NCBI GenBank assembly: GCA_951406725.2
Contig: OX597816.1
Location: forward strand, 168,206,001 to 168,270,000
Source: Octopus vulgaris
Lineage: Eukaryota
Reading direction: 5' to 3'
DNA: 64,000 nucleotides
The translations under genes and the position numbers were made by a program. Positions 15,278 to 27,682 of this stretch are shown one piece after another. The notes beneath the pieces were generated by a model. That model was not told where the DNA came from. It did not search any database and saw nothing but the letters and a program-made list of their open reading frames with translations. Within the stretch, counting starts at the first letter, position 1. Each line of letters begins with the position of its first letter.

Positions 15278-15315
15278 TTTTACATGTTTCGGTTTTTGAA
15301 AAACCTTATCAAAAA
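15278..15315 (-). ncRNA. Minimal hammerhead-like motif with U3/A8 core variant (duplicated at 17653-17690)
   Basis: Minus strand TTT-TTGATAA-GGTTTT tca AAAACC-GAAA-CATG-TA^AAA. Confidence 0.4.
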
Positions 15316-15644
15316 TATATACTAAAATAGAATGTGTAAAGAGAAAAGAACTATTTAAAAAATTAAAATTAAGATTAACATTCACAGTTTACTTTCCTTT
15401 CTCCTGCAAGAACACGTTATAATATCCTTTGGTTCTGGTAGCAGGACAAGTTCAACTGGCTGTGACCGCAAATTACTACTAACCATCTTTGTAAATTGAA
15501 TAGTGTATTAATATAAGGATAAAATCTATAAAAGATTTTATGAAGTAGCCAATGTGTAAAGCCAATTAAGGTAAAAAATCGATACGAAGTATATAATTTT
15601 TAAAAATACATTATTGTATTAAGGGCTGTTACTATAGGTAAAGT

Positions 15645-15831
15645 CACACGTTGGAAAGGGACACTAAAGTGAAACTACTTCATCAAATATACACACGTGC
15701 TGAAATCGATGGAATGATTCGATATGCAATTGAACATTTTTAAAGGATTTTTCTTTGTTCATTCCTTTGACTTCAGCACGTGTGTATATTTGAAAAAGTA
15801 GTTTCACTTTAGCGTCCCCTTCCAGTGTGTG
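15645..15831. repeat. Palindromic MITE-like element (~75-bp arms), duplicated at ~18020-18206
   Basis: cacacgttggaaagggacactaaagtgaaactact...cacacgtgctgaa is paired with ttcagcacgtgtg...agtagtttcactttagcgtccccttccagtgtgtg. Confidence 0.75.
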
Positions 15832-16029
15832 GCTTTACAAATAATATATATATATATATATGTACTCACATATATACATACATATGTACACATACATATA
15901 CATATACGCATAGATATATACACACAGATATAGATACACATATAAACAAGTACATACTTGTACATACACACATGCACACACACACACGTAGATATACATA
16001 TATGTATGTGTAAATGCAGTGTACATAAG

Positions 16030-16549
16030 AGGTATCTATCATAGGGTACCTTGCACGCTAGAGGGAATAGCCAAAATCCAAACCACTATTATGGATAAAT
16101 TTCAAAGGGAATGAAAAATAAAAACATTTACCATCTATCTCCTGGACCATGGTTTCTGACTTTATATTAGCAAATAAAATAATTTGCTAGGCGAAGTCTT
16201 CATCAACAGGTACGGCTAGATTAAACATATAAATACGAGGCAATCCAGCATGTTCCTTGTGCTTATATATTATAAATTTTCAAATCCACCAAGCAAGCGT
16301 ATTTTTTTTTTTTTTTTTTGTCGGCAGCAAATAAAATAATGCCGACGTTACGACGAAAATTTGACCAAAAGAATTATCAATAAATAATATCAGGATAAGA
16401 AAAATTTTAGAAATTTTTTCTACCAGTGTCCTAGCGTGTAGAAAAATTAGTCAATAGACTATGTATTATTCATATAAATAAAGTGTACATTTAAACACAT
16501 AAGGCGTACCTGTTGATGAAGACTTCGCCTAGCAAATTATTTTCTTTGC
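16030..16549 (-). mobile_element. Hammerhead-bearing non-coding element (retrozyme/mini-PLE family), duplicated at ~18403-18922
   Basis: Shares ordered motifs with 27820-28450 (see findings). An inverted partial HHR copy lies at 16506-16545. Confidence 0.7.
16141..16210 (-). ncRNA. Type I hammerhead ribozyme motif (U3 variant)
   Basis: Minus strand CCTG-TTGATGA-aGACTT..TAGCAAAT/ATTTGCTA..AAGTCa-GAAA-CCATGG-TC^CAGG. Confidence 0.7.
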
Positions 16550-16803
16550 AATACGAGCATTCCAATGTGTTTGGGACAGTGCAGAGGATTCATAAAGAGT
16601 TGGATGAGTCTAATGAATATTAAGAAGGTTCGGTAGCTCGGAAAATTCCCTCTGATTGTTCTGACAAGAAAAGAACTGAATTTGTTGATGAAATCCAAGC
16701 CATGATCGACAACGATCCCTTCAAGTGAATCAGGTCCATCGCCAGGGCATGGGAGTGTCTGAGTTTCTTATCGGGCAAGTAGCGCATGAAGACACTGTAT
16801 TCC

Positions 16804-17460
16804 TATAAACAACTTGTAAAAGATCATGTCTTGCCTGTGCTGAGAAATTCAACTAAGCGAATCACCCATATTCATGCAGGACAATGCCCCATGTCACAAG
16901 GCTAAGGCGGTCATGAACTTCCTCGAGGCTGAAAAGGTTATTGTTATGGATTGGCCTGCTCAAAGCCCAGATCTCAATCCTATTGAAAACATGTGCTGGA
17001 GTCGGAAAGACAACATCCAGGTCTTCTGGAGAACGTTCGAAAGCCAGAAATCCTAAAACACCCGAGCAATTATGGAATGCCCTTCAGGAAGAATGGAATA
17101 AGATCACCCAGCAAGAAATTGAAAATTTAATTTCCTCATGCAGTCAAAGATGTCAAAGTTTGATTGAAGCTAAAGGGCTTCACACTAAATATGAAATAAT
17201 TCCGGCATTCTCTGTCATTTTTGATTATTTTGTTATTTTTTCAACCGTTCTGATCATTTTGGCCACCATGGGCTTTACAGTAAATCACTAAATCATGCAT
17301 AACTTTTGTATTATCCACTCAAATTACACCAAAATCTCAGACAATACCAATTAATATTGTATTTATTGTCTGTGAAAATTATAGAATATAAAACAACTTT
17401 GATAAAAACTTATATCTACTTTTCTGACGAAAACAATGCCGTTCTGAACATTTTGGCCGC

Positions 17461-17465
<5 letters not shown>
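16804..17465 (+). mobile_element. Duplicated 3' half of the Tc1 element with right TIR
   Basis: Identical ORF fragments at 16874-17056 and 16941-17291; TIR ends CAACTG at 17465. Confidence 0.93.
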
Positions 17466-17513
<48 letters not shown>

Positions 17514-17517
17514 TATA

Positions 17518-17552
<35 letters not shown>

Positions 17553-18513
17553 TTGAAAAGATTTGTAGAGATAACGCACGAGTAAATAGATATTTATGAA
17601 AAACAAGAACGAAAATGCTACTTTCTTAAAATTGGGTACATTTTAATTTTTCTTTTACATGTTTCGGTTTTTGAAAAACCTTATCAAAAATATATACTAA
17701 AATAGAATGTGTAAAGAGAAAAGAACTATTTAAAAAATTAAAATTAAGATTAACATTCACAGTTTACTTTCCTTTCTCCTGCAAGAACACGTTATAATAT
17801 CCTTTGGTTCTGGTAGCAGGACAAGTTCAACTGGCTGTGACCGCAAATTACTACTAACCATCTTTGTAAATTGAATAGTGTATTAATATAAGGATAAAAT
17901 CTATAAAAGATTTTATGAAGTAGCCAATGTGTAAAGCCAATTAAGGTAAAAAATCGATACGAAGTATATAATTTTTAAAAATACATTATTGTATTAAGGG
18001 CTGTTACTATAGGTAAAGTCACACGTTGGAAAGGGACACTAAAGTGAAACTACTTCATCAAATATACACACGTGCTGAAATCGATGGAATGATTCGATAT
18101 GCAATTGAACATTTTTAAAGGATTTTTCTTTGTTCATTCCTTTGACTTCAGCACGTGTGTATATTTGAAAAAGTAGTTTCACTTTAGCGTCCCCTTCCAG
18201 TGTGTGGCTTTACAAATAATATATATATATATATGTACTCACATATATACATACATATGTACACATACATATACATATACGCATAGATATATACACACAG
18301 ATATAGATACACATATAAACAAGTACATACTTGTACATACACACATGCACACACACACACGTAGATATACATATATGTATGTGTAAATGCAGTGTACATA
18401 AGAGGTATCTATCATAGGGTACCTTGCACGCTAGAGGGAATAGCCAAAATCCAAACCACTATTATGGATAAATTTCAAAGGGAATGAAAAATAAAAACAT
18501 TTACCATCTATCT

Positions 18514-18583
18514 CCTGGACCATGGTTTCTGACTTTATATTAGCAAATAAAATAATTTGCTAGGCGAAGTCTTCATCAACAGG
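18514..18583 (-). ncRNA. Duplicate of the 16141-16210 hammerhead motif
   Basis: Same sequence inside the tandem duplication. Confidence 0.7.
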
Positions 18584-18924
18584 TACGGCTAGATTAAACA
18601 TATAAATACGAGGCAATCCAGCATGTTCCTTGTGCTTATATATTATAAATTTTCAAATCCACCAGGCAAGCGTATTTTTTTTTTTTTTTTTTGTCGGCAG
18701 CAAATAAAATAATGCCGACGTTACGACGAAAATTTGACCAAAAGAATTATCAATAAATAATATCAGGATAAGAAAAATTTTAGAAATTTTTTCTACCAGT
18801 GTCCTAGCGTGTAGAAAAATTAGTCAATAGACTATGTATTATTCATATAAATAAAGTGTACATTTAAACACATAAGGCGTACCTGTTGATGAAGACTTCG
18901 CCTAGCAAATTATTTTCTTTGCAA

Positions 18925-19435
18925 TACGAGCATTCCAATGTGTTTGGGACAGTGCAGAGGATTCATAAAGAGTTGGATGAGTCTAATGAATATTAAGAAG
19001 GTTCGGCAGCTCGGAAAATTCCCTCTGATTGTTCTGACAAGAAAAGAACTGAATTTGTTGATGAAATCCAAGCCATGATCGACAACGATCCCTTCAAGTG
19101 AATCAGGTCCATCGCCAGGGCATGGGAGTGCCTGAGTTTCTTATCGGGCAAGTAGCGCATGAAGACATTCTGTATTCCTCATACAAGATGGGAAATTTTT
19201 ATACGAAGCCATCAAGGACAAGTGGAAAGATCACGCTACGAAGTTTTTGAAAAAACTTACACATCCCTTCCAACCGAATATGCTTTGGTTTTTGTCAGAC
19301 GAGAAAAATTTCTGCCATGATCAGATGGTGAACATACTGAACAAACCGTTGGCTTGGCTTGCTATGTCCCCAAAACATGTACCGAGAATGATAAAAATCA
19401 AACATCCAGTCAACATCATGGTGTTTAGAGTGTAC
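18925..19435 (+). pseudogene. Mariner-like (probably maT/DD37D-type) transposase remnant; 5' part also at 16553-16803
   Basis: TVQRIHKELDE...EIQAMIDNDP...MGVPEFLIGQVAHEDI...WFLSDEKNF...KHPVNIMVFRV; truncated before the second catalytic D. Confidence 0.75.
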
Positions 19436-19483
19436 TGAGGTCGATCTAATCGACTGGCCCCTTCCCCCCAAATTTCGGACCTT

Positions 19484-21870
19484 GTGCCTAGAGTAGAAAA
19501 GAATGATAAAATTGCTGTGTACATCCCAGAAGAACTCATGCCCCAGGTCCTGCTGTCATATTCAAATTTTGTGTGTAAGACTCAAATTGTACACATAATC
19601 CAACTTAATATTGTCATATGTACTATATATCGTCCACCGGATGCTCCAAATCATACAGGTAAGTTTGAAGACTGTCTAGCAAAAAAAAGGAGTTCTCACC
19701 AAACTGGAACAACACTTCAATGTATTCCTTTTGAGTGACTTTAATTTCCCTAGTGTGAGATGGCCTGGAGGTCAGATGCTCTCAGGAATGACACACCACC
19801 AGCAAACACATGTGGAGTCCATGTGCTTCTTTCATAGGGCAAATTGTGATGAAACCAACCAGGGCTCATACTATAATATACTGGATCTCTGCTTCACAAA
19901 TAATATGGACATTATCCATAATGTTAAAGTGATACCGACGCTGGTCTCGGATCACAACATAATAGAACTGTCTATGTAAGGGCTAAAATCTCCTGCGGAC
20001 GTAGCTTATACGAAAGCACCTGAAATCTCTCCAAACTGAATTTTCATAAGGCAAAATGGAAGTTGATTGAGAAAGAGATCCTCAAACAGGATTGACCTAT
20101 ATGTCTTTCCTCACCAGACATGAAACATAAGCATTTCATGTCCATAATGCAAGCTATATGTGACAAATCTGTCCCAGAGTGCATCCACAAAGACAGGATC
20201 CCTAGGGAAATGAAGATTCTTTTGAGACGACGGACAAATATTGTAAACCACCTGAGTAAGCACCCCAAAAATGGTCAGAAACCTCACCTGGTGAGAGCGC
20301 TGAGGGAGATTGAGAAAAGTCTGCATCAATTTCATGAAAAAGAGAGAGCAGATAAGGAAGCGTAATAGAAAATTTTAAGTCGAATCCTGAAGCTTTCTTT
20401 ACTTTTGCCACAGAACGTCACAAGATAGGATTCCTCTTCCAAAAAGATGGCTCCCTCTCAGGAGACCCAATGAGGATAAGTGAAATACTGAACGAGCAGT
20501 TCCAAAGTGTGTTCACTATACCTCTAGGACAAAATCAAGTGAACAAACCAGCAGAATTTACTTGTAATCAAAGAAGCAAAAATTGATTACATCAACATTA
20601 ACGAAGATGTAACACTGGCCATAGATGAGGCTGACACAAACTCAACAGCTGGGTCTGATGAATTCCCGGTGGTCCTTCTCAAATCATGCAAACGAACACT
20701 TGCAAAACCACTGCAGCTCCTTTTCAGAGCTTTCTTGCAAGTGGCAAGCTCTCAGACAAACTGAAAGAAGGGATAATATACCCTATCCATAAGGAAGGAG
20801 GCAGAGCAGATGCTAAAAATTATAGGCTTATCTCTCTGCCCTCATACACGCAATCATGGAACAAATATTCCGCAAGAAACTAATACCGTTCCTTGAAGAA
20901 AATTACTTGTTGACTGACACCCAGTATGGATTTCAACCAGGTAGAAGCTGCTTGACACGGCTACTACAACATTATGACTGGGTGTTAAAACAGCTGCTAA
21001 ATGACCCAAGTGTGGATGTGATATATCTCGACTTTGCAAAAGCTTTTGATAAAGTTAACGATGGTGAAAACTTGGAAAATGGTTGCATGACCGGGCACTA
21101 TCTCAGGGCCACTGCTATATGTAGTTGCCCTCTCAGACATGCCTCAGCTGCTCAAATAGCTACCCTTGCCAACTATGCAGATGACACAAAAGTCTCTCAG
21201 ACAATACAAAATCTTGGCAATATTGTGTATCTGCAGCGGGAGTTGGACGCGATGTACAGGATTGTTGCGGTTCACAACATGCAGTTTAAAGCAGGAAAAT
21301 TCCAAGCCCTGTGCTACCAGCACACAAATCTGAATGACATGCAGACAGGATTCACTAGCCCAAGAATCAAAATCAGAGCATGACCTGGGAACTGACACGA
21401 GTAATGATGCATCTTTCCAGGGACATATTACTAACTTGGTAATAAAATGCAGACGACTAGTTGGACGGATCCTCGAAACTTTCAAAACAAGAGTAAAGGA
21501 AACTGTGATGGCCCTTTGGCAGGCACACCCCCACACCCATTTGGATGACTACTCCCAACTATGGTCACGAGACAGTATAAAATTAATGGCAGAACTCGAA
21601 GCAATCCAATGAAGCTACACAAAGAAAATTGTCTCAATGCAACATATCAGTTACAGGGAAAGGCTGAAAGATTTAAAATTCTTCTCCCAAGAATTAAGGC
21701 GGGAAATATATGCAGTGATATATATCTGGAAAGTCCTGGAAAGCCTTGTGCCAAACTTTAGAATTGAAAAATACGCAAACACTAGAACGGAGTACCACTG
21801 CATAGTACCAAAGATCTCAGCATCACCATCAAAATACAAGATTAGATACTGCAGCAGTTTGGGTAACTAA
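19484..21870 (+). mobile_element. CR1/L2-group non-LTR retrotransposon ORF2 remnant (APE plus RT)
   Basis: ICTIYRPPD, DFNFPSVRW, ILDLCFTN, SDHNIIE (APE); NYRLISL, QYGF, YLDFAKAFDKV, YADDTK (RT); many frameshifts. Confidence 0.9.
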
Positions 21871-22179
21871 TACATGGTGTCAATGGTGTCCATGTGCTGT
21901 CTAATAGGAACATAGCAACGGAGTAATTCGCTTTTCTTCCTTGCTGGGGACTATGGTTCTGGGAAAACATTTTAATGTCACTGCGATAATGTTGTTTGGA
22001 GAGGTCTCCTTCGGCAACTTCCCAAGCTCGCACAAGCAATTGCAGTTCTTTTGTTGGCCAGTGTGTGTATATGGATCTATATGTGAACAAGCATGTATAT
22101 GTATGTATAGGCCGATTCGTAAAGGTCAGCTAAAGACAATCACATATAAAACCAGCCATGAAAAACAAACCAACAGTAC

Positions 22180-22345
22180 AAAAAAATTAAATGCTAACCC
22201 CTTTAAAACGGCAACCACTTTAACAGTAGCAAAATTACCATCCCACTATCAATTCAGGGACTATGCAGCCCGTAGCCAGTGCATTAGTGGAATCATACTT
22301 TATCACAAAATATAAACCCCTTTTGAATGCGTCCACCATAAATGG
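22180..22345 (+). pseudogene. PLE GIY-YIG endonuclease C-terminal remnant
   Basis: ALVESYFITKYKPLLN fits the E-x-x-x-I-x-x-x-x-P-x-L-N terminal motif. Confidence 0.5.
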
Positions 22346-22923
22346 CACTATTACAAGGGCCTTAGAATAATACCCACGCAAATATTAAAAACGATGTATT
22401 CAGAACAGTCACTACCCATGAATTTATTCAGAACAATTCCAGTCACTACTATTACAACCACAACAGGTCACTTCTAGGTCACTTGACCATTTAAGAGGAT
22501 TCCACCAACATCCTACTACTGTCATACTGCTCCCGCATTCTTCTTCTTCTTCGTCTTCATTTCTTAACTACTACTGCAGCATAAACAATCAAAGACAAGA
22601 AATCATACCAAATACTAGGACTACTACTACCTGCTGCCCACTACTGAGAACTCACATGGGTAAAAAAGAGAGACAGAGACAGACAGGAAAAAGGAAAATG
22701 TCCCTTACATTTGAAAACTATGGAAATATTCTTTAAAATATTTCATTTAATTTTTCCACAATTTAATAGTTTTTCATGCTTTACTCTAAATTGAAAAAGC
22801 TGCAAAGAGTGAAACCGGTACTAAAATGTTCTTCCTGATAAAATTATTTTAGCATCTACCTTATCTTATTTTCCTTATACATATCAACTCATATGTTCCT
22901 TTTCAACCTTCTACATATATATA

Positions 22924-23270
22924 CTAGCTGAGGCACCCAGTAATATCCGGGAGCATGGATATTCCCTGTACCTATTACAATACCTAATTTCTCTCAGATG
23001 AAAAATGAAATCAAGACATAGGACAGATAATAGAAGGTGTAAGCAAATTTATTCATGAAACAATAATACAAATAAATATGTGTGGAATCGGGAAATGACA
23101 ATTGTTTGGTCAGATGAGTGGAAAGCTGCAAATATATAATCAATGGAAGCATCAAGAAGAGAATTGTAAAGAGTGCTATGAAAAAAAAGAACATAAAAGT
23201 TTGAAAATTGAACAAAAAATTATTTAGAGAAAAGAGATTTAATATAGCTGGAGTGCAGACGCAACAAGAT
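22924..23270 (-). mobile_element. Helitron-like 3' end (extent uncertain)
   Basis: Minus strand hairpin cccgg-atatta-ctggg followed 7 nt later by CTAG|T at 22927-22923. Confidence 0.5.
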
Positions 23271-23577
23271 GGAGGCACATGGCCTAGTGGTTAGAGCAGT
23301 GGACTCGCGGTCGAGGGATTGCGGGTTCGAATCTCAGACCAGGAGATGTGTGCGTTTATGAGCAAAAACACCTAAGCTCCACGCAGCTCTGGCAGAAGGT
23401 AATGGCAAACTTCTGCTGATTCTTTCGCCACAACTTTCTCTCACTCTTTCCTCCTGCATCTTGCAGCTCACCTGCGATGGACCGGCGTCCCGTCCAGGTG
23501 GGAAACCTATATGCCAAGGAAACCGGGAAACCGGCCCTTATGAGCCAGGCATGGCTCGAGAAGGAACAAACAACAAC
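23271..23577 (+). mobile_element. tRNA-derived SINE, family B (V-domain-like centre)
   Basis: A box TGGCCTAGTGG, B box GGTTCGAATC, CCTGCGATGGAC-GGCGTCCCGTCCAGG domain, (AAC)n tail. Three copies in the window. Confidence 0.9.
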
Positions 23578-24149
23578 AGAGGCAACAACGTGGTAGTCAT
23601 AAGAGCCATAAAATGCTATGAGGAGGGAAAAAACATATAAAAATGACAATTTTCATCATTTTTGGGCAAATTCTCTTGCAACCCAAGAGAAAATTTTAAG
23701 TGTACATGCACTTAATTTGATGACTATGTTTCATGGGTATAGTTCCACTGATAGTGAGAATCAAATATAAATTGCAACAGAACCGACAATTTTATGTGCA
23801 GTTGTTAAGAAAATGCATTTTACATGTTTTAGCACACAACCCAATGATGCTGCTACACCAGTCACTGAGTATGACTCCTTCATGTATCACCTGAGTGACT
23901 ATACAGGTGACCAGACTATAGCCTACACCACCAGATAGTTTAGGCATCTCAGAGGTGATTTCTGATGGGCCAAGAATCTCCTGTCTTCATACCCTTAATT
24001 GCTTTATCTACCAAGGTACTGTCAATTCAGATAGCTGGTTACCCCTGTTGGGTCGACATTTGGCAGACTCTCTTCCTCCCATTCATTCTCTTCATTTAGC
24101 AACCTTTCATAGTAGCATCATCCCCAAGTCTCTCTCTTTGCAGCCTCAC

Positions 24150-25408
24150 TAAATGAAAGTGAGCCATCATCCATGCAGACACATTTCTCTCTTATGACAG
24201 CATGATTCTTTCTCACACACTGTCTTGCAACACAAAACACTTCAAGTCTTTGGTCCTCATGACGCAGAAGATTGGCAAATTTTTTTTATCTGCTTCCCCT
24301 CCGGCTAAGTAAACCTGTCTCCTAGCTTCCCTTCTGGCAATCTGATACAGTTCCCTGCTACCACTGTTCTTCCAGTCCTTCCATGCCTGTTTCTTTTCCC
24401 TAATGGCCCTGTCAATTACATTGTTCCACCACGTTACCTTAGGTCAAGAGGGGACTTTGCGCCATCCACAGATCTGGTCAGTTGCCCTCAACAGGTTTTT
24501 CTGTAGGAACCTCCAGTTGTCTTCCAAATTGTGATGCTATATCCCCTCTTTTTCATCAAAAGGTTTGAGTAATACGTCTCTAAATCTCCATTCACAGGAT
24601 CCTTAAGCTTCAGACCCTTCTTTTCCATGTTGGTCATCTTCTGGGCATCCATTTAGCCCTGATCCTGAAGTCACTAACTACTAACCTATGTTGTGGGGTA
24701 CATTCTTCACCTGAGAAGGTTTTGGCATTTATTAGTAGCCATCTTTCCTGTTCCCTGGCAAGAATTTAGTCAATGTGACAACTGTCCACCAGACAGGTAG
24801 GTGAACAGGTGATTGGCAGGTTTCCTGAAGTTAGTATTACATACCATAAGATCATTTGCATCACAAAACTCCAGCATTGAAGGAACTAAATCCATAACCA
24901 CCATGTACACCATGGAAGCTCCCTGCATGTTGTCCAACATGCCCAATGAAGTTGCCAGCCACAAAGAGAAGGTCCCTGTCATTCGTCGTCGAGGTAGTCT
25001 GCAAGAAGGTGTCACAAAATTGGTCTTTCTGTTCATCAGGTAGCCCTAGCTGAGGGGCATAAGCCAAGATAATGGTCATTAATCTATGTTGCAGCACTAA
25101 TCTAAGCTTAAGTATTCTGGCACAGACTCTGAATATCTCAATTACCTTATCAACCCATTTCCCTGCAAGAAGTATACCCATGCCTCCAACTCCAACAGTG
25201 TTCCTTACCCAGAAAATTTTATATCTGTGTTCTTTGCCTTTGAGGAACCATGCAGACTTTCCTCTCCACCTTACTTCTTGGATGCAGCACAAATCTACAT
25301 GTCTCCATTCAAGCATCTCAACAATTTCACCAGACCTACCTTTCAATGTGCCAACCCTGACGGTGTGGAAGGTGTAGGTCCATGAGTCCCTGGGATGGGG
25401 GACAGCAG

Positions 25409-25410
<2 letters not shown>
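24150..25410 (-). mobile_element. RTE-clade LINE, 5' endonuclease region, degraded
   Basis: [15 protein letters not shown]...[12 protein letters not shown]...AYAPQLG...GNFIGHVG; [18 protein letters not shown]. Confidence 0.9.
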
Positions 25411-25454
<44 letters not shown>

Positions 25455-25465
25455 ATATATAAATG

Positions 25466-25542
<77 letters not shown>

Positions 25543-25587
25543 GTATATATATATATGTATATATATATATGTATATATATATATATG

Positions 25588-25638
<51 letters not shown>

Positions 25639-26164
25639 GAACAGGAATGTGAAACTCTGCATAGCAGTTTTTGTGATACTTTTCTGATGTTTTGGCAGCT
25701 TTAATAATAAAGCCATGTTACTCTACCTCTGGTATTCGAGTACTTTTTTTATCCACCTTGTTTCACGTTTATGTGCTTACTCTGGTGTGTGTGCATGTGC
25801 GTGTGTGTGTGTGTGTGTCTGTGTGTGTGTGTCTGTGTGTGTGTGCATGTGTGCATACATACATACATACATTCACAGCTAATAGTGAGGGATTATCAAT
25901 CCAGGCAAAGTTCTTTGTAAACTCTCTTTTGGCATTAGTCAAGAACCCCAAGTATTCTTTTGGCAGGGTCCAATACTGTGGCTCATCACAATTCTATATT
26001 GTCAATCCATGTTTGGGCTCCAGACAAACCTGTTTATACACAGAGTGATATGTAAGACAAGGTATAAATAATGGTCACTACAATTTTTTTCTTTTATTAG
26101 AACAATTTTGTGTTACTGCTGTTTCCAGTAGTCAAAGGTATGTTGCTGATAGGTTTACTGCTCT

Positions 26165-26395
26165 ACTCTTTCACCACAACTTTCTCTCACTCTTTCTTCC
26201 TGTTTCTGTTGTACCTGTATTTCAAGGGGCCGGCCTTGTCACTCTCTGTGTCACGCTGAATATCTCCAAGAACTACGTTAAGGGTGCACGTGTCTGTGGA
26301 ATGCTCAACCACTTACACGTTAATTTCACGAGCAGGCTGTTCCGTTGATTCGGATCAACCGGAACCCTCGTCGTCGTAAACGACGGAGTGCTTTC
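26165..26395 (+). mobile_element. 5'-truncated SINE (body like family B, tail like family F)
   Basis: ctctttcaccacaactttctctcactc is shared with B; gaactacgttaagggtgcacgtgtctg is shared with 50883-51536. Confidence 0.7.
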
Positions 26396-27632
26396 AAAAA
26401 AAAAAACTGATAAGTTTACTTACTTTGTCAGGAAAAGTTGTCCTGCTTTTGCAATTTTACAACTCTATAAAAATGCTGCTGTGAGTTCTTTTTCAAAGTG
26501 GAAGAGTGGAGTAGTCCTTCATGGGCATGCAGCCCAAATTAATTTAAGTTCTATTTTGTTTGTTTTCTGATTTTATCTGGTTGTCTTTCAGAATCTTTAT
26601 AAATCTGTTATTTTCAGTGAGTAGATTGTTAATTTTCGTAGTTTTTGTCTTTACCATAATTAAAAATATATTACACTTGTCACATTTTCATGTTTCATTA
26701 TCATATTTTAATGTTGTACGTAATTTATTGAGGCTTCATATTAAGTAAGTTTTTATTGTTGTTTACGTACCACTACAAGCCTAGTCTTAAAGTTTATATT
26801 GCTTTTATCTTTGAGGTTTTATGGATTCATAGAATAGTTTGATTTCAACTTTTCTCTGGTTTTAATTAGATTTCAGTTGCAAATGGAAGTTAGTGTCAAG
26901 GTCATGAAGTGTAATTTGATTTTGCCTAAGCATGTTGGTGTGTAAGAGAATAAGGGATTTATCATCCACCTGGTTAAAGTGATTTTCTTTTTCCCTTGCA
27001 AAGATTGCTCAGCAATTTTGTTGTGAAATTCATTTATGGATATGTATTGTGTGGGGAGAAGAGAAACTTAATGTCCCAAGACTAACTCCGTCCGAGAGAT
27101 AATTAAAGTTTCAATGGAGGAGTTTGGGTGGCACAGAGCAAATATAAAACAGGAAGTGAGATGAGAGTGGGTAAACATGAAATGGGTGTGTTTTTTTTTT
27201 AAATAGAAGTAATCTCAAATTGTTAATTTTTTTTTTTTGTATTGCTGGGTAACTAGAACTCAATGGGTATGGGTAACAAAATTCAGAGTGGAAATAGGGA
27301 AAATAATTGTATGGTTAGTAAAAGTCAGGGAACAGTGCTAAATAAAGTTCAGTGACTGTTGTAATGACATTATAGAAAGGAAGAAGGGCAAGAAAGAGAA
27401 AGAAAGTGGATCACTAGCTGGAATGATATAAGCAGAAGTGAAAACAAATTTTAGAGTGTTTTGTTCCTAATTTGTTATGAAAGAGGAGGTGTGCAGCTAT
27501 TATTTAATAAATATTTCTTACTAATTAATGTATATATTTCTATAAATGTAAAAGTTTTCTTAGTATCTCTCTTGCTCCCTTTGTGTCCATGCTTGTGTAA
27601 TGTGCATATATGTATGTGTGTATATGTGTGTG

Positions 27633-27677
<45 letters not shown>

Positions 27678-27682
<5 letters not shown>

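Larger units (their letters stand above)
14427..19179. repeat. Tandem duplication of a ~2.38-kb unit
   Basis: 14427-16803 is nearly identical to 16804-19179, with a few SNPs and microsatellite length differences. Confidence 0.95.

Noticed and set aside
22772-22826. ACTCT...AGAGT-GAAA-CCGG-TA half hammerhead after a GIY-YIG remnant; similar half motif at 29562-29594
   Set aside because: No CTGANGA in register, so not callable.
23271-23345. tRNA-like sequences with A and B boxes
   Set aside because: Heads of multi-copy SINEs with tails and TSDs, not tRNA genes.
26400-27150. Possible very old PLE or LINE remnant (also 59200-59900)
   Set aside because: Only vague motif resemblance, too decayed to support.
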